Shown piece by piece: positions 58,105 through 64,000 of a stretch of 64,000 nt of DNA. Where the stretch lies: NCBI GenBank assembly GCA_018896525.1, contig JAHIMR010000072.1:32718-96717 (forward strand). Direction: 5' to 3'. The translations under genes were made by a program, and so were the position numbers. This DNA is from Actinomycetota bacterium. Lineage in GTDB: Bacteria > Actinomycetota > Geothermincolia > Fen-727 > Anoxymicrobiaceae. A model generated the notes under the pieces. The model was not told where the DNA came from. It saw nothing but the letters and a program-made list of their open reading frames with translations, and did not search any database. The first letter of the stretch is position 1, and every line of letters starts with the position of its first letter.

Positions 58105-59100
58105 TCATATTAGCCCGTTTATACTGTTCTTATCAATAGTTTCATCGGCCTCACCCCAGGTGAGAACGCCATCTTCGTCCATGTAGGCCACGCCACGGCT
58201 ACCGCCAACCCTGTCAAGCGAGTGCTTGCTGAGGTAGCCCTCCACGATTCCCTTGAGGCCTTCGATCCTGGAGAGACAGTTCGCGACCTGTTTGTGGGTC
58301 GCAACAAGCTCGTCCACCGCCTGTCCGACGTCCAGTGGCGGCGCGGCGGGCCTGCGAGCGGGCGGCGGGTTATCTTTCAACAGAGGGCACTCCCCAAGGA
58401 AATCGCACCAGGGGCACAGACTGTTCTCACAAGGATCAAAATGCTCCGCCTCAATGGACCTGACCACATCCTTTATCTCTTCCAGCGCCCTCCGGGCACG
58501 ATCGGGAGTCACCTGGAGAGTGTGGCGGTGATTCATCAGCAGGTAGTGGAACGTTACCTTCTCCGGTGCGATATCCCATATCCTCCCGGCTGCTATGTGA
58601 TAGATGGTAAGCTGAAGGTCCTTCTCGAGCCTCCACGCAGGCGGCAGGCGGCGGTTGGTCTTGTAGTCGATTATCTCGAACCCGCCTTCCGGGTCCTTGT
58701 CCAGGCGGTCTATGACCCCGCTCAGCTCGCAGATCCCGACGTCAATCTTGAACCTGTGTTCCAGCGCAGCGGGAACGCGGAAATCCCCCGCGTACTTACG
58801 GTAGTAGATCTCCAGGGCGGATTTCGCCTGGCAGAAGTACTTTGTCTCCTCCTCGGGAGAGCTATAACCGTCGCTGGACCAGCACTGATCAAGGTAATCC
58901 AGGAGGTCGGGGAGCGGGCAGGGGTCGGGTGTGGGGACCGAATAGAACCACTCCAGCGCCTTATGCAGGCTGTTTCCGAAGCTGAGGGCGGGACTCGGCA
59001 ACGCGGGCCTGCCATCGACGTACCTGAGGCGATACTGAAGCGGACAGGTCTCATACGAAGATATCGCGCTATAGCTCAGTTTCAAGCTCATCCTCCCCAT
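58105..59100 (-). CDS. Cas4-like PD-(D/E)XK nuclease with Fe-S cysteine staple (1 N-terminal plus 3 C-terminal Cys) and ~95-aa C-terminal extension
   Basis: N-terminal Cys (ETCPLQYRLRY), nuclease motifs (GVIDRLD..., EIIDYKT, QLTIYHIAAG), C-terminal C-x4-C-x2-C-x5-C (CENSLCPWCDFLGEC). The start is probably MGRMSLKL.../MSLKL... (about 59091-59100) rather than 59184. No cas genes or CRISPR nearby. Confidence 0.75.
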   Translation of the reverse strand: MGRMSLKLSYSAISSYETCPLQYRLRYVDGRPALPSPALSFGNSLHKALEWFYSVPTPDPCPLPDLLDYLDQCWSSDGYSSPEEETKYFCQAKSALEIYYRKYAGDFRVPAALEHRFKIDVGICELSGVIDRLDKDPEGGFEIIDYKTNRRLPPAWRLEKDLQLTIYHIAAGRIWDIAPEKVTFHYLLMNHRHTLQVTPDRARRALEEIKDVVRSIEAEHFDPCENSLCPWCDFLGECPLLKDNPPPARRPAAPPLDVGQAVDELVATHKQVANCLSRIEGLKGIVEGYLSKHSLDRVGGSRGVAYMDEDGVLTWGEADETIDKNSINGLI

Positions 59101-59165
59101 GTCAGCGGTCCTTGTTAAGATAATTACACAACTGGTGGCGATTTCCTTATGAGAACCATGATAAC

Positions 59166-62100
59166 GTGAAGGAGAACGCCACAACCCAAAGAAATATTAT
59201 AAGGTCGCCAGGGAGCCGGGAGATTAATTTGTCACAGGAGTTTGTTCATCTCCATTTGCATACCGAGTATTCCATTCTGGATGGCGCCTGCCGGATAAGC
59301 GAAGCGCTCGAGGCCGCCCGGGAGATGGGAATGGACTCCCTGGCGATAACCGACCACGGGGTCATGTACGGGGTCCTGGAGTTTTACCAGAAGGCGCTCA
59401 AGCACGATATGCGCCCTATACTCGGCGTAGAGGTGTACGTGGCTCCCCGGGGGAGGCTTTCCCGCGCCGGGGGCATGGAGGAGCGGCCGAACCACCTGAT
59501 CCTGATCGCGGAGAACAACACCGGGTACGAGAACCTTATGCGTATCGTCACCAGGGGTTTCACCGAGGGCTTCTACTACAAGCCCAGGGTCGACAAGGAG
59601 GTCCTCACCGAGCACAGCGAAGGCCTGATTGCGCTAAGCGCCTGCCTGAAAGGGGAGATACCGGTCGCCCTACTGGCCGGGGATGACGCCCTGGCGGCAA
59701 CTGTCGCGGACGAGTACCTGCGAATCTTCGGTGAAAATAACTTCTACATCGAACTGATGAACCACGGCATAGAGGAACAGGTCCGCGTGAACCCGATGCT
59801 GGTGGAGTTCGCCCGCGGGAAGGGCATCGGACTGGTGGCCACCAACGACATCCATTATGTAAAGCCCGAGGACAGCAAGGCCCACGACTATCTTCTGTGC
59901 ATCCAGACCGGAAAACTGCTGGCCGAGCAGTCTCGCATGAGATTCTCCACCGAGGAGTTTTATATGAAGTCCCCCGACCAGATGGCGGACCTTTTCCCCG
60001 ATTTCCCCGAGGCGCTGTCGAACACGGTTGATATAGCATCGCGATGCAACGTGGAAATCCCGCTGGATACCGTCTATCTGCCCCGTTACGACCCGCCGGA
60101 GGGTTACGATCTGGATTCCTTCCTGGAGCACCTGGCGCTCGAAGGAGTCGAAGAGCGCTTCACCGAGATATCCGTGGAGGTCACACAGCGGCTGGAGAAG
60201 GAGCTGAAAATCATACAGGAGTTGGGGTTTTCCGGCTACTTCCTTATCGTATGGGATTTCGTGAAGTACGCCAAGGAAAAGGGGATAAAGGTGGGGCCGG
60301 GGAGAGGATCGGCGGCCGGAAGCCTGGTCGCCTACGCCCTGGGGATTACCACTATCGACCCACTCAAGTACGGGTTGCTGTTCGAGCGTTTCCTCAACCC
60401 GGAGAGGATAGCGCTTCCCGATATCGACATCGATTTCAGCCACGACAGGCGGTCGGAGGTCATAGAGTACGTTGGCAACAAGTACGGGAAGGACAGGGTT
60501 GCACAGATAATATCGTTTTCCCGGCTGAACACGCGGGCGGCGGTGAAGGATGTGGGCAGGGTCATGGACATCCCGTACGCCCGGATGGATACATTATCCA
60601 AGATGGTTCCCGAGGATCCAAAGATGAACATCGAGCTGGCACTGAAGCAGAGCAGCGAACTCAGGAACGCTTACGAAAACGATAAGGAGGTCCGGGAGAT
60701 AGTCGACACCGCCCGGAGCCTGGAGGGCCTGGTCAGGCACGACACCATCCACGCGGCGGGCGTGGTGATAGCCGACAACGAGCTGAATAAGTACACACCA
60801 CTCCAGCGAAAAGGCGGCGACGATTCGGAGGTCGTGACCCAGTACGACATGTACAATATCGAGAACCTGGGCTTGCTTAAGGTGGACCTGCTGGGCTTGA
60901 GGAACCAGAGTCTCCTGGAGCTCGCGGTCAACCTCATCAACGACAGGTATGGCGGGGAGCTCGAAATAGACAGCATTCCCATGGATGACCCTGAGACGTT
61001 CAAGCTTGTGCAGAGGGGCGAGACGGTAGGGACGTTCCAGCTCGCCAGCCCGGGCATGAGGGCGCTGATGAGAGACCTGGTGCCGACCAGGTTCGAGGAG
61101 ATCATCGCGCTGATAGCGCTATACAGGCCGGGCCCCCTTTCCAGTGACATGCACAAGGTGTTCGTGGAGCAGAAGCATGGGCGAAAGGCGGTGAGTTATC
61201 CCCACCCGTCCCTGGAGGAAGTGCTGAAGGAAACCTACGGAGTGATCGTCTACCAGGAGCAGGCGATGCGGATATCACAGGTGCTTTCCGGATACTCGGG
61301 GCTGGAGGCGGACCAACTCAGGAAGGCGATGGCCAAGAAGCAGGAAGATAAGATGGCCGAACACCGGGATAAGTTCATCGGGGGCGCCTGCGACAGGGGA
61401 GTGGAAAAGATTGTCGCCACCCGGGTCTTCGACCTGATCGAGAAGTTCGGCGGTTACGGCTTCAACAAGTCTCACAGCACCGCCTACGCGTTTGTGTCGT
61501 ACCAGACCGCGTACCTCAAGGCCCACTACCCGTCAGAGTACATGGCCGCGCTCATGACCATCTACATGGATAACCAGGACCGGTTGGTGGAGTACATCAA
61601 CGAGTGCCGGCGGATGGGCCTGGAGGTCAGGCTGCCGGACATAAACAAGAGCGACGGTAACTTCACCCCGTTCGATAAGTATGTCCTTTTCGGGTTGTCA
61701 GCGGTAAAGAACGTCGGCACAGCGGTGGTGGAACAGATAATCAAAGCCCGTGATGAGGGCGAGGAGTTCAAGAGTTTCATGGAGTTTTGCGACCGTGTCC
61801 CGGCGTCGGTGACCAACAAGAAGACGCTGGAGAGCTTTATCAAGGCCGGCGCGTTCGACACGATAGAGGCAGACAGAAGCCGGCTCCTGGCTACCTACGA
61901 TGTGGCCGTGAGTATCGCCCAGCGCAAGAGGAGGGAGAAGGAGGAGGGGCAGTTCTCACTGTTCGATGACTCCAACGACGTGGATGACGTGTCCAGTGGC
62001 GGGCTTCCCGACGATTACACCGAGATACCGAAGAGGCAGTTGCTGGCCTGGGAAAGGGAGATGCTGCGGGTTTTCGTCAGCGACCATCCGCTGACCGACT

Positions 62101-62672
62101 ACCGGGAACTGCTGTCGGGTTTTACCGATATCGAGATATCCCAGATATCAAAGGATATGGACAAGGCGGTGTTGACCATCGGCGGCCTTATTACCGGGCT
62201 GGAGAAGCGGTATAACAAGGCGGGGAAGCCGTGGGCGAGCTTTACGCTGGAGGATTTCTCGGGATCGATGGACGTGCTGCTGTTCCACCACAAGTACGAG
62301 AAGTTCGCCGATGCGCTCTCGGAAGACGCTATAGTACTGGTCAAGGGGAGGGTGGACCTCAAGGACAGCTCACGGAAGCTGCTGGCGGACGAGGTACGGT
62401 TACTTCCCAGGAACTCGATGCGTCCTACCCACCTGGTGCTCAAGATAGACGCCGCCTGGTTTACCGAGGATAGGACCTCGCAGGTGCAGGAGGTCCTGAT
62501 GCAGCATCCCGGGGAGTTGCAGGTGTACTTTCAGCTGTACGAGAACGGTGAGGAAACGACCACCGTTAGATTGGGGGATTTATACTCGGTGGGGACGGAC
62601 AGTGACGTTCTGGGCAAGCTCAGGGCGCTTCTCGGGGAGTCCGCGGTGGCCCTGGAGTACCCGGAGATCTGA
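59166..62672 (+). CDS. dnaE: DNA polymerase III alpha subunit (DnaE1-type)
   Basis: PHP domain (HLHLHTEYSILDGA), polymerase core, OB fold. Start GTG 59166 (AAGGAG RBS) or TTG 59227. Its stop is immediately followed by a MITE. Confidence 0.95.
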   Translation: MKENATTQRNIIRSPGSREINLSQEFVHLHLHTEYSILDGACRISEALEAAREMGMDSLAITDHGVMYGVLEFYQKALKHDMRPILGVEVYVAPRGRLSRAGGMEERPNHLILIAENNTGYENLMRIVTRGFTEGFYYKPRVDKEVLTEHSEGLIALSACLKGEIPVALLAGDDALAATVADEYLRIFGENNFYIELMNHGIEEQVRVNPMLVEFARGKGIGLVATNDIHYVKPEDSKAHDYLLCIQTGKLLAEQSRMRFSTEEFYMKSPDQMADLFPDFPEALSNTVDIASRCNVEIPLDTVYLPRYDPPEGYDLDSFLEHLALEGVEERFTEISVEVTQRLEKELKIIQELGFSGYFLIVWDFVKYAKEKGIKVGPGRGSAAGSLVAYALGITTIDPLKYGLLFERFLNPERIALPDIDIDFSHDRRSEVIEYVGNKYGKDRVAQIISFSRLNTRAAVKDVGRVMDIPYARMDTLSKMVPEDPKMNIELALKQSSELRNAYENDKEVREIVDTARSLEGLVRHDTIHAAGVVIADNELNKYTPLQRKGGDDSEVVTQYDMYNIENLGLLKVDLLGLRNQSLLELAVNLINDRYGGELEIDSIPMDDPETFKLVQRGETVGTFQLASPGMRALMRDLVPTRFEEIIALIALYRPGPLSSDMHKVFVEQKHGRKAVSYPHPSLEEVLKETYGVIVYQEQAMRISQVLSGYSGLEADQLRKAMAKKQEDKMAEHRDKFIGGACDRGVEKIVATRVFDLIEKFGGYGFNKSHSTAYAFVSYQTAYLKAHYPSEYMAALMTIYMDNQDRLVEYINECRRMGLEVRLPDINKSDGNFTPFDKYVLFGLSAVKNVGTAVVEQIIKARDEGEEFKSFMEFCDRVPASVTNKKTLESFIKAGAFDTIEADRSRLLATYDVAVSIAQRKRREKEEGQFSLFDDSNDVDDVSSGGLPDDYTEIPKRQLLAWEREMLRVFVSDHPLTDYRELLSGFTDIEISQISKDMDKAVLTIGGLITGLEKRYNKAGKPWASFTLEDFSGSMDVLLFHHKYEKFADALSEDAIVLVKGRVDLKDSSRKLLADEVRLLPRNSMRPTHLVLKIDAAWFTEDRTSQVQEVLMQHPGELQVYFQLYENGEETTTVRLGDLYSVGTDSDVLGKLRALLGESAVALEYPEI

Positions 62673-62836
62673 GTACCCCGCTCCATAGATACGCTGGCAT
62701 TCGAACGCCGCTGCATCCACTCCGGCTGCGTTCCGCTCCCTCGAAGTACTACAGGAGTACGTACTCGGTCGCGCGCCTTGCCGGAGCGGCGCTTCGACGC
62801 TCTCGGTGCTTAACCGTATCCATGGAACGAGGCACT
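62673..62836 (+). mobile_element. MITE copy 5 (orientation A) starting at the nucleotide after the dnaE stop
   Basis: GTACCCCGCTCCATAGATACGCTGGCATTCGAACGCC...GTACTACAGGAGTAC...CGTATCCATGGAACGAGGCACT. Confidence 0.85.
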
Positions 62837-62934
62837 AAGGTACCCCGGGTTCTCGATCGCGTCACACAAAACGCAAGGTGGTACCCGGTACCAAACGCAA
62901 GGCACCAAACGCAAGTACTTTAGACGTAAAGTAT

Positions 62935-62970
62935 GTGCAAAAGGGGCCTGGCCCCTTTTGCACTTTTCAC
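62935..62970. terminator. Bidirectional intrinsic terminator (GTGCAAAAGGGGCC-T-GGCCCCTTTTGCAC + TTTTCAC) between dnaE/MITE and the convergent small Cys-rich gene
   Basis: Perfect 14-bp palindrome with A-run/T-run flanks, read directly. Confidence 0.7.
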
Positions 62971-62979
62971 GTGTAGATA

Positions 62980-63195
62980 CTACGGCTCGGGGAACCGGAG
63001 AACGGTGTTGACCCCGGGATCCCGGAAGCAGTCGGGGCAGAACGCCAGTATCTGGCCGCCGTCGCAGCCGAAGCCGTAGTCCTCGAGCCTGGTGCAAGTG
63101 TTACACAGGGGGATGCCGCATCCATGGCATACAACCACCGCTTTCATCTCGCCGCAGTAATGGCAATCGGTGTCGTTGTCTATCAATTCAGCCAC
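62980..63195 (-). CDS. Small hypothetical zinc-ribbon protein (four CxxC pairs)
   Basis: 71 aa with CHYC...CHGC...CNTC...CDGG...CPDC spacing; terminator immediately downstream. No identifiable family. Confidence 0.5.
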   Translation of the reverse strand: MAELIDNDTDCHYCGEMKAVVVCHGCGIPLCNTCTRLEDYGFGCDGGQILAFCPDCFRDPGVNTVLRFPEP

Positions 63196-63258
63196 CCGTG
63201 GTATCCTACGGCAGTAGCCGCGTTAAGTTATACTTCGTTGTAAGCGTAAGGCATTCTT

Positions 63259-64000
63259 ATGATAAACATGTTCGAGATAACGAGGCAAGAAGATATATCA
63301 GCGGCGCTCACGGAGATACGTCGTGCGTCCGAGATATCCCCGGAGAAGGAAAGCGTGGTGAAGGGGATAATCGACGCCGTCCGGGAGGGCGGGGACGACG
63401 CTGTCCTCGAGTTGACCCGTGAGTTCGACGGGGTCTCGATGGAAGTGGAGGACCTGGAGGTCCCTCGACGCGAGGTTGAGGCGGCATGGGACTCCCTGGA
63501 CGAGGAAACACGCGAGGCGCTACGGTTGGCGGAGGGCAGGGTATCCGCGTTCGCGCGGCGTGGACTGCCGGCCGACTGGGAGGAAGAGGTGAGCCCGGGT
63601 GTGACGGTGGGAGAGGTCCATCGGCCCCTGGACACGGTAGGCATCTATGTACCGGGGGGGAGGTACCCGTACCCCTCCACCGTCCTGATGACCGGGGTGC
63701 CCGCCCGGGAGGCCGGGGTGAAGGAGATACTCTACTCGATTCCACCGGACGGGGAAGGGGTGGATAGCTCAGTGACACTGGCGGCTACCCGGCTAGTGGG
63801 GGATTGCCGAGTATTTCGCATGGGAGGGGCGCAGGCGATCGCCGCCATGGCGTTTGGCACAGGGACCGTGCCGAGGTGCCGGATGGTGGCCGGGCCGGGG
63901 AACGTATACGTGGCGACCGCCAAGCGGCTTCTTGCCGGAGTGGTCACGATCGACCTGGATGCGGGGCCCAGTGAGATCGCGGTCTACGTCGACGGCTCGG
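63259..64000 (+). CDS. hisD: Histidinol dehydrogenase (5' partial; continues beyond the window)
   Basis: Hand translation from ATG 63259 gives MINMFEITRQ...HRPLDTVGIYVPGG...RLVGDCRVFRMGGAQAIAAMAFGT...AGPGNVYVATAKR, matching HisD motifs. It is absent from the ORF track because there is no stop in the window. Confidence 0.85.
   Translation, partial: MINMFEITRQEDISAALTEIRRASEISPEKESVVKGIIDAVREGGDDAVLELTREFDGVSMEVEDLEVPRREVEAAWDSLDEETREALRLAEGRVSAFARRGLPADWEEEVSPGVTVGEVHRPLDTVGIYVPGGRYPYPSTVLMTGVPAREAGVKEILYSIPPDGEGVDSSVTLAATRLVGDCRVFRMGGAQAIAAMAFGTGTVPRCRMVAGPGNVYVATAKRLLAGVVTIDLDAGPSEIAVYVDGS

Overview
The window is GC-rich (roughly 60-65%) and densely coding. It carries a compacted set of core housekeeping operons whose order matches classic Actinomycetota synteny: scpB-rluB-(aroH-aroF-tyrA-aroA)-cmk; polA-rpsA-coaE-x-uvrB-uvrA-uvrC-rapZ-whiA-gap-pgk-tpiA-secG; rimP-nusA-ylxR-infB-DUF503-rbfA-nrnA-truB-ribF-rpsO-pnp-M16 peptidase-dapB; then ftsK, an orphan MCP, yajQ, rimO, pgsA, cinA, ileS-lspA-lgt-rluD, and dnaE. 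A partial hisD runs off the window end. Ribosome-binding sites are strong GGAGG-type and many genes overlap by 1-15 nt (ATGA/GTGA couplings). The most unusual content is non-coding:
- A family of five copies of a ~163-bp imperfect-palindrome MITE with terminal inverted repeats (CCATAGATACG...CGTATCCATGG), in both orientations. Several abut or overlap stop codons (polA, lspA, dnaE) and create spurious small ORFs.
- A family of ~35-bp perfect palindromes (AATGACRC..GGTGCCWGGCACC..GYGTCATT) at four loci. Three overlap or immediately follow stop codons (uvrC, dapB, rluD/aroF2); the fourth lies in an intergenic region.
- A complex ~480-bp tandem-repeat array with six copies of a 33-bp core, immediately 3' of a tRNA-Leu(CAA) gene.
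Coding oddities:
- A large secreted protein with a 7-blade FG-GAP propeller plus four tandem ~105-aa repeats of unknown function.
- Two paralogous type I-beta DAHP synthases. The second sits in an apparent operon with a stand-alone Cas4-like Fe-S PD-(D/E)XK nuclease next to dnaE.
- Two small cysteine-rich proteins.
- A NusA with a Cys-cluster and acidic C-terminal tail.
- An IF2 N-terminus encoded by tandem DNA repeats.
- A terminator-like hairpin 12 nt upstream of the ileS RBS.
- rapZ lies directly next to whiA with no yvcK.
I see no CRISPR array, no recognisable transposase or integrase, and no rRNA in the window.
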